The translations under genes were made by a program, and so were the position numbers. The notes under the pieces are model-generated. The model was not told the origin of the DNA. It did no database searches and saw only the letters and a program-made list of their open reading frames with translations. Shown piece by piece: positions 16,022 to 25,172 of a stretch of DNA of 44,184 nt; the first letter of the stretch is position 1, and each line of letters starts with the position of its first letter. The stretch is from an uncultured Eubacteriales bacterium (GTDB lineage: Bacteria; Bacillota; Clostridia; Oscillospirales; Acutalibacteraceae), in NCBI GenBank assembly GCA_964509145.1, contig CAZDWM010000001.1, forward strand, positions 1-44,184, in the 5' to 3' direction.

Positions 16022-17806
16022 TTATTCGCCGGTTTCACCTCGATAGCTCTCGGCGAGGTCTGCGGAGAAGTTGCTTTCGACAAAGAATTTCGTTGTTGTT
16101 CCCCCTCCGTCCGCCGGAGCGGGTGTCTGAGCACCGCTTTCTGCCTGTGTTTCTGTTTCCGTCTCAGTTTCTGTCTCGGACTCTGTCGGAAGCGTTGCAA
16201 TCGCCGCCTCAACGGCCAGCCTTGCGTTGACAAGCGGGTAAACATAGTCTTGAAGGTTCTCATAGAAATAGACAACTGTGTTATAGCGGCTGTTTTGAGG
16301 TGAACAGACGATATCGCGCACCTGCGCGCCCGACAGCGCGGGATTGACTGACCAGACGAGCGCGGCAATGCCCGTTACGACAGGTGCCGACATGGACGTG
16401 CCGGATTTGTAGCTGTAATAACCGTTTTCCGCGGTGTCGCAGCTGAAAACCCAGCTACCCGGCGCACAGACATCGACCGTGTCGCCGATATTTGAAAACG
16501 ACGACTGGTAATAGCTTTCTCCGTCGCGGACATTGACGGCGCTGCCTACAATGATGATTCTATCAAGCACATCTTGCTTTGAGACGCGCGACAATCCGAC
16601 AAAGCAGTTGTCCTCGCGGATACAGGCAAACGAGCCGTTATAGTAGGCGTCGCATGGGTCTCCCTCGTCGCCGTCGCCGTTGCCCGCCGACTGGATGACC
16701 ACAAAATCATAGCCCCGCGCGAGCAGACGCGATATGACAAGCGAGAAAAAGCCCGCCTCAATATCCATACCGATGTTCCAGAAATATTCGTATTTCTTTT
16801 CAAACGAACCGCTTGAACCAAGCGAAAGATTGATAACCTTCGCTCCGCTTTTGACGAGCGCTATAAAGCCAGTTACAATGCGCTCCTCGTTGACCCAGTG
16901 CTGGTCGTCGCTGTCAGCCTCCCAGTCGACGCAGACAAGCTCCGCCTTGTCGCAGATGCCCGTGATACCCTTTTGATTGTTTGCCTTTGCCGCGATGATT
17001 CCGGCAACATGCGTCCCGTGGGACGACGGCGCGCTGCGGCGCTCAAACCACCTTGACGGGAAGGATATTTTACCCGCAAGATCCTCGTGTGCAGTGTCGA
17101 AGCCGCCGTCAAGGACGCCGACCTTGATGCTGTTGAAATAGTCGCCGTAATCCCACGCGCTCACCGTCTCGGTCGCCTCAAGCCACCAGTTGCCGCCGTC
17201 GGGAGCGCTTTCGTTCCAGCCGTAGGCCTCGTCACCGCCGCCGGAGTTCGTCCACGGGTCGTCCGGCACCGCCGCCTCATGACGCTGGAAAGCCATGTTA
17301 CACACGGCGAGCGCCACGTCGTCGCGCTGTGTCAGCGTCTCACATAAGAAGTTGAGTTCGTCAAAAGGACGCGCATCGATTTTTATTTGATATTGGTTTA
17401 AAATGGCCGTATAGCCTACCACAGTTCCGCCGATTTCGGCGAACAGGGAAAGCTTGTTAAGAATCGACACGCCGTCCTCAAATAAAATCAGCACCTCGTC
17501 GGCGATATAGCCCACCTCGCCTGACAATCGCTCAACATCTTGCGCACCCGCGTCACGGTAAAAATCCGCGCCGCCCGCGTTGACAATATTTAATGCATCG
17601 ACCTCAAGCGCCGCCTGCTTGAGCTGCGCGTGCGTTTCTGCCTCAAAAACGTCGCTTGTCTGCTTACAGACGCTTTGCGCCGACGCATTCAGTGACCGAA
17701 GAGACGCGTCGAGCGTTCCTTTGCCTGTCGTCAGCCCCGGACGGATTAAAGCCACCGCAAAAACAACGGAAAGGAAGACGCACAAAAGCGTTTTTAAAAA
17801 CTTCAT
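16022..17806 (-). CDS. S8 (subtilisin-like) serine peptidase with signal peptide
   Basis: Catalytic motifs VGVLDGG (Asp), HGTHVAGIIAA (His) and GTSMSAPVVTGIAALV (Ser). Starting at ATG 17806 (GGAGGAGG upstream) gives the signal peptide MKFLKTLLCVFLSVVFAVA. The C-terminus has the repeat SETETETETETQ. Confidence 0.9.
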   Translation of the reverse strand: MKFLKTLLCVFLSVVFAVALIRPGLTTGKGTLDASLRSLNASAQSVCKQTSDVFEAETHAQLKQAALEVDALNIVNAGGADFYRDAGAQDVERLSGEVGYIADEVLILFEDGVSILNKLSLFAEIGGTVVGYTAILNQYQIKIDARPFDELNFLCETLTQRDDVALAVCNMAFQRHEAAVPDDPWTNSGGGDEAYGWNESAPDGGNWWLEATETVSAWDYGDYFNSIKVGVLDGGFDTAHEDLAGKISFPSRWFERRSAPSSHGTHVAGIIAAKANNQKGITGICDKAELVCVDWEADSDDQHWVNEERIVTGFIALVKSGAKVINLSLGSSGSFEKKYEYFWNIGMDIEAGFFSLVISRLLARGYDFVVIQSAGNGDGDEGDPCDAYYNGSFACIREDNCFVGLSRVSKQDVLDRIIIVGSAVNVRDGESYYQSSFSNIGDTVDVCAPGSWVFSCDTAENGYYSYKSGTSMSAPVVTGIAALVWSVNPALSGAQVRDIVCSPQNSRYNTVVYFYENLQDYVYPLVNARLAVEAAIATLPTESETETETETETQAESGAQTPAPADGGGTTTKFFVESNFSADLAESYRGETGE

Positions 17807-17935
17807 CGTTAAACCTCCTCCTTTTCTTTGATCCTCGATGTGTAAATTCACTTTTGTAGAGAAAAAATTGACATCAATTTTTACTTCCTCGCGGGGCAAG
17901 ATAATCTTGAAATTAAGTGAAAGGGATGAAAATTA

Positions 17936-18124
17936 ATGAAGAAAAGCGGTACCTCAAGCATCGCAAAGGGCATCGGCATAGGTATGGCACTGGGCGGACT
18001 CACCGGAGCAGTGAGCAGCTCCGTCATGAACAGAGGCACGATGAAATCGGGCAAAAAGACGGCTGCGAAGGCCATGCGCACCGTCAGCGATGTGCTCGAC
18101 AACATTCAGTATATGATGAAATAA
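17936..18124 (+). CDS. small glycine-zipper membrane protein (hypothetical)
   Basis: 62 aa containing IAKGIGIGMALGGLTGAV, followed by a terminator. An alternative overlapping frame (17917-18153) looks non-coding because of its basic, low-complexity composition. Confidence 0.45.
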   Translation: MKKSGTSSIAKGIGIGMALGGLTGAVSSSVMNRGTMKSGKKTAAKAMRTVSDVLDNIQYMMK

Positions 18125-18140
18125 CATCGGTTTCATTTTT

Positions 18141-18170
18141 GCGGAGCGGCTAAAACCGTTCCGCTTTATT
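18141..18170 (+). terminator. intrinsic terminator
   Basis: GCGGAGCGG (18141-18149) / CCGTTCCGC (18156-18164), 9 bp including one G-U pair, then TTTATT. Confidence 0.55.
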
Positions 18171-18177
18171 AATGTGT

Positions 18178-18708
18178 TTACATAATTCTCTTTGCCATCC
18201 AGATGTCCGGCTTCCCGATGCCGTTTGCGTCGGGTATCACACCGACGATGGTGTAGCCAACCTTTTGATAAAATTTGTACGGGTGTGAGCGCAGGTTTAT
18301 TATGTTTTTTATTTTTTCAAATGTATCCTCATATAAATCGGTTCCGGAAAGAGAGGTTCTGCCGAGCTCGTCGTCTGTGCCGAGGTACATCGTGATACAG
18401 CCCTTTTGCGCGGCCGCTCTTTCGAGCGCGGCGACAAGTGCCGTTCCAACTCCCTTTCCCCTGTGGCTTTCAACCACCGCAAGCGGGTGCAGTTCCCAGC
18501 CGGTGGTCTCATATTGCGGCATTGCCCCAATAAAACCAACCAGATGACCGTTCTCGACGGCTAACATGGCGAGCTTCCCGTCCTCGAGTATTGATGCCAT
18601 TTCAGCTTCTGCACAGTCGGTGTAAGCCTGCGGAAAGCACGACACTAAAAGCCTTGCGGCTTCCGATATGAGCTGTGTGTTTGATTTGTCAAAGGGTTGT
18701 ACGTTCAT
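18178..18708 (-). CDS. GNAT N-acetyltransferase closely resembling AAC(6')-Ii-type aminoglycoside 6'-N-acetyltransferases
   Basis: LVGFIGAMPQYETTGWELHPLAVVESHRGKGVGTALV...MYLGTDDE...HPYKFYQKVGYTIVGVIPDANGIGKPDIWMAKRI parallels the E. faecium AAC(6')-Ii sequence as I remember it (GFIGAIPQYGITGWELHPLVV...YLGTDD...PDIWMAK). Confidence 0.8.
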   Translation of the reverse strand: MNVQPFDKSNTQLISEAARLLVSCFPQAYTDCAEAEMASILEDGKLAMLAVENGHLVGFIGAMPQYETTGWELHPLAVVESHRGKGVGTALVAALERAAAQKGCITMYLGTDDELGRTSLSGTDLYEDTFEKIKNIINLRSHPYKFYQKVGYTIVGVIPDANGIGKPDIWMAKRIM

Positions 18709-18743
18709 ATTTACCTCGCTTTTATGTGACTAAATAAAACGTT

Positions 18744-19610
18744 TTATTCCTCAACCCCGCCTAGCGCGGCAGCGATGCGTCGCAAATCCTCCTTGTCGTT
18801 GAAGGCGATTTCAAGCGTTCCTGTGTCGTTTTTTCCGGTGACAACCTTAATTTTCCGACACAGCGCGTCTGACAGCGTCAGCTCGACCTCATCGAAAAAA
18901 GCCTCTCTGCGCGGTTGCGCGACAGGCTCTTTTTTCTTTTTAGCTGCCGCTTTCGCGAGGCGCTCAACCTCGCGTACCGACAACCCCTTTTCTATAATTT
19001 TTTGAGCCGTCTCAAGCATTTGCTCCTCGGTTTCAAACGCCAGCAGCGCCCTTGCGTGACCTGCCGAAATACTGCCGTTTCCGACAAGCGACAGAATAAC
19101 CCGCGGCAGCTTTAAAAGCCTTAACGCGTTAGCTACGGCGGGACGCGACTTGTCGACGCGCTCGGCAGCCTCCTCCTGCGTTAACGAGAACCTGTCCATC
19201 AGTGTTTTAAAGCCCTGCGCCTCCTCAAGCGGGTTTAAATCCTCCCGCTGAAGATTTTCAATAAGCGCGAAAGCAGCCGCTTCCTCGTCGGTCATTTCAC
19301 GCACAACAACAGGCACCTCCGTCAGCCCCGCAATCCGCGCGGCGCGCCAGCGGCGTTCACCGGCGACGAGCTGATAACCGTCCCCCGACAGAGGCCTGAC
19401 AAGCAGCGGTTGCAAAACACCGTGCCTCGCGATGCTGTCGGCAAGTTCGGTTAAAGCCTCGTCGTCAAACGTCTTACGAGGCTGATCCCTGTTAGGCTCA
19501 ATGTCCATCAGCTTGAGCTTGACGGCGCTTACCGCGCTTGTTTCCTCCGCGGAATTATCTACAAACAGCGCGTCAAGCCCTCTGCCCAGTCCGCTCTTTT
19601 TAGCTGTCAT
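18744..19610 (-). CDS. parB: chromosome partitioning protein ParB/Spo0J
   Basis: GLGRGLDALF, a ParB box (LIENLQREDLNPLEEA) and an HTH region. The start at ATG 19610 overlaps the parA end by 11 nt. Confidence 0.9.
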   Translation of the reverse strand: MTAKKSGLGRGLDALFVDNSAEETSAVSAVKLKLMDIEPNRDQPRKTFDDEALTELADSIARHGVLQPLLVRPLSGDGYQLVAGERRWRAARIAGLTEVPVVVREMTDEEAAAFALIENLQREDLNPLEEAQGFKTLMDRFSLTQEEAAERVDKSRPAVANALRLLKLPRVILSLVGNGSISAGHARALLAFETEEQMLETAQKIIEKGLSVREVERLAKAAAKKKKEPVAQPRREAFFDEVELTLSDALCRKIKVVTGKNDTGTLEIAFNDKEDLRRIAAALGGVEE

Positions 19611-20397
19611 ACCCGTCCACTCCAGTTGTCTTAATTTCGTTAACGCCAATATATTCCTTTGCCAGCTCCAGATAAGCCGACGTTCCTTTTGAATATTTAT
19701 CGTAATAAATCACGGGCTGACCGAAGCTCGGCGCCTCGGAAAGCCTGACGTTTCTCGGTATCGTTGTAGCATAAACCTTTTTAGGGAAATACCGTTTAAC
19801 CTCCGTCACAACCTGTTGGGTTAGATTCAGCCGGCCATCGTACATTGTCAGAAGCACACCTTCAAGTTCCAGCATCGGGTTGTAAAGCCTTTTTACCTGC
19901 CGTACGGTGGACATCAGCTGTGAAAGACCCTCAAGCGCGTAAAATTCGCACTGAATCGGCACAAGAAAGGTGTCGGCGGCACACAAGGCGTTGAGTGTAA
20001 TCAACCCGAGAGACGGCGGACAGTCGAAAAAAATATCGTCGAAGTCGTCCTTTGATGGTGCTAAAATCGTTTTGAGCTTCGCCTCGCGCTTTTCCGCCTC
20101 AACAAGCTCAAGCTCCGCTCCGGCAAGGCTCATGCTCGACGGCAGGATAAATACATTGTCGTAAGCGGTTTTAATAATCGTTTCCGAAACAGGCGTCGCG
20201 GAAATCAGCGAATCGTAGGCCGATTTTTGAAGCTGTCGCTTGTTGACACCGAAGCCGCTAGTCGCGTTGCCCTGAGGGTCGATGTCGACAAGCAGCACCC
20301 TGCGTCCGAGCGAGCCGACAGCCGCGGCAAGGTTGACAGCGGTCGTCGTCTTGCCGACACCGCCCTTCTGGTTTACAATCGCAACAGTCTTGCCCAT
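19600..20397 (-). CDS. parA: chromosome partitioning ATPase ParA/Soj
   Basis: Deviant Walker A NQKGGVGKTTTAVNLA and DCPPSLG. Confidence 0.93.
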   Translation of the reverse strand: MGKTVAIVNQKGGVGKTTTAVNLAAAVGSLGRRVLLVDIDPQGNATSGFGVNKRQLQKSAYDSLISATPVSETIIKTAYDNVFILPSSMSLAGAELELVEAEKREAKLKTILAPSKDDFDDIFFDCPPSLGLITLNALCAADTFLVPIQCEFYALEGLSQLMSTVRQVKRLYNPMLELEGVLLTMYDGRLNLTQQVVTEVKRYFPKKVYATTIPRNVRLSEAPSFGQPVIYYDKYSKGTSAYLELAKEYIGVNEIKTTGVDGYDS

Positions 20398-20528
20398 TAA
20401 ACATGTATCCTTTCAAAAATAACCATGATAGTTAATTGTATCATAAATTAAGACTGCTGAAAAGCCTTTTTCGACAGGAATCTGACATTTTTATCAGGTT
20501 TTATTTAATTATATGTCCTATGGTTTTA

Positions 20529-20544
20529 TGTTTCACGTGAAACA
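20529..20544. promoter_or_regulatory. parS centromere site (perfect consensus)
   Basis: TGTTTCACGTGAAACA, an exact 16-bp palindrome matching the Firmicute parS consensus, in the noc-parA spacer. Confidence 0.85.
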
Positions 20545-20590
20545 CCGAAACGGTCTTTTTACCTCTTACCTAAGAATGTACTGCATATAA

Positions 20591-20628
20591 CAGCAGACGG
20601 GCAGACCTTTCGGTCTGCCCGTCTGCTG
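20591..20628 (-). terminator. hairpin terminator downstream of noc
   Basis: A perfect 17-bp stem, CAGCAGACGGGCAGACC / GGTCTGCCCGTCTGCTG, with loop TTTC. The T-tract on the minus strand is weak. Confidence 0.55.
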
Positions 20629-20678
20629 GATGTGGGGTGTGAAAGAGAAAGATATGGTTGGGTTTAGGTGTGGGTGGT

Positions 20679-21512
20679 TTAAGCGCCTTTGTTTTTTGCC
20701 CTTACAGTGTAGCCGACCGTTTTCGGAATCCTGACGACATACTCGATGTATTCCTCCGTCTCGCTTTTAGCCGAGTCGGCATCGATTCCGGCGCGCCGCA
20801 TAGTGTCGACGGCGTGGTTTAATGTGTTGACAAACAATCTTATATCCTTAAAGAGCTTGAGCGGCGGTTTCTTAGGCGATAAACCCTTCTCAAGCATCTG
20901 CTCGATAAGCCTTTCCGTTTCGGCGACATTAAGACGCCTGTCTGTGATGATGGAGAGCGCGCGTTTTTGCTGCGCCTCGTTTTCGAGTTTCAAGAGGGCA
21001 CGAGCGTGACGTTCCGTTAACCCGGCACGTTCGGCCTCATAACGGATTTCGCGCGGAAGTTTTAAAAGCCGCAGCTTGTTCGAAATGGTGGATTGTGCCT
21101 TGCCGAGTCTCCGCGCAACGGTTTCCTGGCTTAAGCTGAATTCGGTCATCAGCTTTGCGATGGCGTCCGCTTCCTCAAAGAAACCGAGATCCTCACGCTG
21201 AAGGTTTTCGATAAGCGCGTAGATAGCCGACTTTTCGTCACTCGCGTCCATCACGATGCAAGGAATTCTCGCGAGCCCGACGATTCTGGCGGCACGCAGT
21301 CGGCGTTCACCGGAAATTAATTCGTACTTGCCGTCCTCACGTATTCTTACGTTTACGGGCTGAATAATACCATTGAGGCGTATGCTTTCGGCCAAGCCCT
21401 CCAGTTCGTCGCAGTCGAACCGCTTACGCGGCTGATGGATGTTGGGGACAATATCCTCGTGCGGAACAAGAAGGATTTGTCCGCCGCTTTTGACTCTGTC
21501 GAGTGGCTTCAA
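20679..21512 (-). CDS. noc: Noc-like ParB-family protein (nucleoid occlusion protein)
   Basis: A ParB N-terminal domain and HTH. The C-terminal KDIRLFVNTLNHAVDTMRRAGIDA...YIEYVVRIPK resembles the B. subtilis Noc tail. I chose the start at TTG 21512, which has GGGAGGG 6 nt upstream. Confidence 0.75.
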   Translation of the reverse strand: MKPLDRVKSGGQILLVPHEDIVPNIHQPRKRFDCDELEGLAESIRLNGIIQPVNVRIREDGKYELISGERRLRAARIVGLARIPCIVMDASDEKSAIYALIENLQREDLGFFEEADAIAKLMTEFSLSQETVARRLGKAQSTISNKLRLLKLPREIRYEAERAGLTERHARALLKLENEAQQKRALSIITDRRLNVAETERLIEQMLEKGLSPKKPPLKLFKDIRLFVNTLNHAVDTMRRAGIDADSAKSETEEYIEYVVRIPKTVGYTVRAKNKGA

Positions 21513-21634
21513 AAAAATCCCTCCCGGTGCGTCGCCTTGTGTTCGCTTCCGTTGAACACAGCATAGCACCGTAAAGGGAGTTTGTCCACATAAACCGTCC
21601 GACCTTTTCGGGGCGGTCTCGACAGCAGCGGCGG

Positions 21635-22348
21635 TTATCTGAGCGGCTGCTTCGCGATTTTTGCCGATGGTCTCGGATATTTTGTCGGAGTCTGCGATAT
21701 CTTTCTAATTATAATAAGGCTTCTTTCGCTTCCGTCGGGTAACGTGAAGCGTTCAATTGACGTTTCACCGCCGCCGAGCAACTTAATGGCGCTTGCCGCC
21801 TGCTCCGTTTCCTCGTCGGCGCTCGCGCTTTTCATCGCGATAAACGTCCCGCCGAGCTTGACGAGCGGCAAGCAGTATTCCGTCAGCTCGCGCAGAGATG
21901 CAACCGCCCGTGCTGTCACAAGGTCATAACGCTCCCGATGAACGGCAGACTGTCCCGCTTCCTCCGCCCTGATATGGCATGTTTTAGCGGAGAGTCCGAT
22001 TAACTCAAGCGTCTCTGCAACAAAATCAAGCTTTTTTTTCGTACCGTCTAAAAGCGTAATATTAAGGTCTGGTCGAGCAATCAGCATCGCAACTCCCGGA
22101 AATCCCGCGCCAGTACCTACATCCATCACCCGCGCGCTCTGCGGAAGTTCAACATAAGACAGAACAGAAAGGCTGTCGATAAAATGCTTGACAACAATTT
22201 CATCCGGCTCGATAATGGCTGTGAGGTTCATAACCTTGTTTTTTTCGATGAGTCGTTCGGCGTAAATGTCAAAGCTTTCGAGCGTCTTTTCGTCAAGCTT
22301 GACGCCGAAGCCCTGCGCGCATTCTTTCAGTTTTGATTCATCTATCAT
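21635..22348 (-). CDS. rsmG: 16S rRNA (guanine527-N7)-methyltransferase RsmG (GidB)
   Basis: VMDVGTGAGFPG motif, positioned after mnmG. The start at ATG 22348 overlaps the mnmG end by 11 nt. Confidence 0.9.
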   Translation of the reverse strand: MIDESKLKECAQGFGVKLDEKTLESFDIYAERLIEKNKVMNLTAIIEPDEIVVKHFIDSLSVLSYVELPQSARVMDVGTGAGFPGVAMLIARPDLNITLLDGTKKKLDFVAETLELIGLSAKTCHIRAEEAGQSAVHRERYDLVTARAVASLRELTEYCLPLVKLGGTFIAMKSASADEETEQAASAIKLLGGGETSIERFTLPDGSERSLIIIRKISQTPTKYPRPSAKIAKQPLR

Positions 22349-24263
22349 CCGTCGCACCCTTTTGTCTGTTTGTCCTGTCACACTTTTCAAGATATATCAG
22401 CAGTACGGTAATATCTGCCGGGCTTACGCCGGAAATGCGGGAGGCCTGCCCTACATTGGCGGGCTTGATCTTTGAAAGCTTTTCAACCGCCTCAAGCCTT
22501 AACCCCGTTATCATCTTATAATCAATTTTCTCCGGCAGTACGCGGCACTCAAGTCGTCGCATCTCCTCGACCTGCGCGAACTGGTGCTTGATATAGCCCT
22601 CGTATTTAAGCTCAATTTCAACCTGCTCAAACACCTCGTCCGGTAAATCCGGCCTTGTTACATCGAACGGCGCAAGCAACGCATAATTGAGCTGCGGTCT
22701 GCGAATAAGTTCTGTCATCCGTACGCCTGTGACAATCGGCGATGTTTCACGTGAAACAAGCAGGTCGTTGAGCGCCTCTGTCGGCGGAATAACAACCTTT
22801 TCGACGCGCCTCATCTCTGCCTTTATCATCTCAAGCTTTCTTAGAAATTCGTTGTGCCGCGCTTCTGAAATCAGTCCTATCTGATAACCTATTTCCGTAA
22901 GTCGCCGGTCAGCGTTGTCCTGCCGGAGAATGAGGCGGTATTCAGAGCGCGAGGTCATCATACGGTAGGGGTCGGAACAGCCTTTTGTAACAAGGTCGTC
23001 AATGAGTGTGCCTATATAGGAGCTTGCGCGGTCAAGAATAAGCGGTGCTCTGCCTAGTACCTTGTGCGCTGCGTTAATGCCCGCGACAAGCCCTTGTGCC
23101 GCCGCTTCCTCGTAGCCGCTCGAACCGTTGAACTGTCCCGCGCCGTAAAGCCCGTCGAAGCTTAAGAATTCCAGCGTCGGTCTCAGCGTTTGAGCGTCAA
23201 CGCAGTCATATTCTATGGCGTAGGCGGTGCGCATTACCTGGCAATGTTCAAGCCCCGGAATGCTGTGCAGAAACGCGAGTTGTACGTCCTCCGGCAGTGA
23301 CGACGATAGTCCTTGCAAATATAACTCGTCCGTATACTCGCCGCATGGTTCAATAAATATTTGATGGCGTTCCTTTTCGGCGAATCGGACAATTTTATCC
23401 TCAATACTCGGGCAATATCTTGGTCCTACACCCTCTATTTTACCTCCGTAAAGCGGAGAACGATGAATATTTTTTAATATAATGGCTTTTGTCTCTTCGT
23501 TCGTGTAGGTAATATAACAAGGAGTTTTATTTTCTATTTTTATATTATCTTCAAATGAGAATGACACAATGTGCTCGTCGCCGTCTTGTTGTTCTGTTTT
23601 AGCAATTTCTACGCTGCGTTTGTTAACTCGTGACGGTGTGCCCGTCTTAAACCGTCTTGTGAGTGCGCCAAGCTTTTTTAAAGACACCGCCAGTTCTGTG
23701 GCGGGAAACATACCGTCTGGACCGCTGTCGTAGGACACATCGCCGACATAGACCTTGCCGGCGAGGAAAGTACCAGTCGCGAGGACAACGCATTTAGCGT
23801 GGTAAACTGCTTCAAGCTTTGTTTTCAAACGCCATAAACCGTTTTCTTCCCGGGAAATATCAACAATTTCGGCCTGCCTCAGGTCTAGCCCTTCCTGACG
23901 CTCAAGAACAAGCTTCATATGCTCGGAGTAACGGCGACGGTCAATTTGTGCGCGCAGGCTATGGACAGCGGGACCCTTGCCGAGATTAAGCATCCGGCTC
24001 TGGAGAGTGTTCGCGTCCGCTGCTTTACCCATTTCGCCGCCGATCGCGTCTATTTCGCGGACAAGGTGACCCTTTGAGGTGCCGCCGATGGAGGGGTTGC
24101 AGGCCATGTTGCCCACCCAGTCGAGGTTGATGGTAAACACGCACGTCTTGCAGCCGAGCCGAGCCGAAGCAAGTCCCGCTTCAATTCCGGCATGTCCTGC
24201 CCCGATAACCGCAACATCATAATATTCCGCCGTATATTCCAAAGGTTTCACCTCCATTTTCAA
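22338..24263 (-). CDS. mnmG: tRNA uridine 5-carboxymethylaminomethyl modification enzyme MnmG (GidA)
   Basis: YDVAVIGAGHAGIEA FAD motif, with full-length similarity to GidA/MnmG. Confidence 0.95.
   Translation of the reverse strand: MKMEVKPLEYTAEYYDVAVIGAGHAGIEAGLASARLGCKTCVFTINLDWVGNMACNPSIGGTSKGHLVREIDAIGGEMGKAADANTLQSRMLNLGKGPAVHSLRAQIDRRRYSEHMKLVLERQEGLDLRQAEIVDISREENGLWRLKTKLEAVYHAKCVVLATGTFLAGKVYVGDVSYDSGPDGMFPATELAVSLKKLGALTRRFKTGTPSRVNKRSVEIAKTEQQDGDEHIVSFSFEDNIKIENKTPCYITYTNEETKAIILKNIHRSPLYGGKIEGVGPRYCPSIEDKIVRFAEKERHQIFIEPCGEYTDELYLQGLSSSLPEDVQLAFLHSIPGLEHCQVMRTAYAIEYDCVDAQTLRPTLEFLSFDGLYGAGQFNGSSGYEEAAAQGLVAGINAAHKVLGRAPLILDRASSYIGTLIDDLVTKGCSDPYRMMTSRSEYRLILRQDNADRRLTEIGYQIGLISEARHNEFLRKLEMIKAEMRRVEKVVIPPTEALNDLLVSRETSPIVTGVRMTELIRRPQLNYALLAPFDVTRPDLPDEVFEQVEIELKYEGYIKHQFAQVEEMRRLECRVLPEKIDYKMITGLRLEAVEKLSKIKPANVGQASRISGVSPADITVLLIYLEKCDRTNRQKGATDDR
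22743..22758. promoter_or_regulatory. parS centromere site (perfect consensus) inside mnmG
   Basis: TGTTTCACGTGAAACA, identical to the site at 20529. Confidence 0.85.
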
Positions 24264-24279
24264 CTTTCATTTTACATTT

Positions 24280-24909
24280 TCAATTGTTCCCATATTTACA
24301 AAAGCTCTTCATACAACACACATCGCACTTAGGTCTGCGCGCGACGCACACCGCCCGTCCATGAAGCACACAGCGGTGGCAGAAGTCGTTGCTTTTTTCC
24401 GGCGGAAGAAGCTTTTTCAGCTCATGCTCTACCTTTTTCGGATCCTTTGTTTCTACGAGACCTATTAGGTTCGTGATTCTTATTAAATGTGTGTCCGCGA
24501 CGACGGCCGGCTTGCCGTATATGTCGCCAACGATAAGGTTTGCTGTTTTGCGTCCCACGCCCGGGAGCTTCACAAGCTCGTCTATAGTATCTGGTATTAC
24601 GCCGTTATATTCGTCTAAAAGTGCTTTCGCCATGGCGACAATGTCACGCGCCTTGGTGTGATAAAATCCGCATGAACGCACATATTCTTCTACCTCTTCA
24701 ATTTCTGCGTTCGCGTAGTCCTCCAGTGTTTGATAGCGCGAAAAAAGCGCCGGCGTCACGAGGTTTACCCGTGCGTCGGTGCATTGCGCCGAAAGCCTGA
24801 CGGCGACGAGCAGTTCAAACGGTTTAACTGCCGTCAGAGAGCATATAGCATCCGGATACTCCTTTTCGAGCGCGTTGACTGCCATTTTTGCCCTTTGCTT
24901 TTTTGTCAT
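24280..24909 (-). CDS. nth: endonuclease III (Nth)
   Basis: HhH-GPD motif LPGVGRKTANLI and a C-terminal 4Fe-4S cluster C-x6-C-x2-C-x5-C. The start at ATG 24909 forms an ATGA overlap with the stop of the upstream DUF370 gene. Confidence 0.9.
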   Translation of the reverse strand: MTKKQRAKMAVNALEKEYPDAICSLTAVKPFELLVAVRLSAQCTDARVNLVTPALFSRYQTLEDYANAEIEEVEEYVRSCGFYHTKARDIVAMAKALLDEYNGVIPDTIDELVKLPGVGRKTANLIVGDIYGKPAVVADTHLIRITNLIGLVETKDPKKVEHELKKLLPPEKSNDFCHRCVLHGRAVCVARRPKCDVCCMKSFCKYGNN

Positions 24910-25160
24910 CGTTGTGCAACCCTTTTTGCCAAAGTCGCGGCGGAAACGGGGGAAATATACAGCTTCCCCGTCTCTTTGTTTTTTCCGCACAAAACAAAGG
25001 TCTTGGGAAGCTCATAGCCGACGGTGACAACCCGTCCGCTCTTTTCGGATTTTGACAGCGCGTCACGCGTGATCTTGGAAACCGTGGTGTTGTCAAGGTC
25101 GAAGATGCCGATTATTTCGCCGCTGTTTATAAACGTTTCCTGTCCGATATGTATATACAT
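24906..25160 (-). CDS. remB: DUF370 protein, RemB/YaaB-like
   Basis: 84 aa. MYIHIGQETFINSGEIIGIFDLDN matches the B. subtilis YaaB/RemB N-terminus, and the position directly after recF is conserved. Confidence 0.75.
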   Translation of the reverse strand: MYIHIGQETFINSGEIIGIFDLDNTTVSKITRDALSKSEKSGRVVTVGYELPKTFVLCGKNKETGKLYISPVSAATLAKRVAQR

Positions 25161-25172
25161 AAGCCTGTCCTT

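Noticed and set aside
16141-16190. Short tandem GTTTCTGT/GTCTC repeats.
   Set aside because: They are simply the coding sequence of the (Glu-Thr)n linker of the S8 protease. They are not a CRISPR array or a regulatory repeat.
17917-18153. 78-aa ORF overlapping the small glycine-zipper ORF in another frame.
   Set aside because: Its highly basic His/Arg/Lys-rich translation looks non-coding. The 17936 frame has a plausible TM segment and ends just before the terminator.
20398-20678. The AT-rich noc-parA spacer, considered as a candidate replication origin.
   Set aside because: It contains parS, a terminator and a probable parA promoter, but no DnaA-box-like words that I could find.
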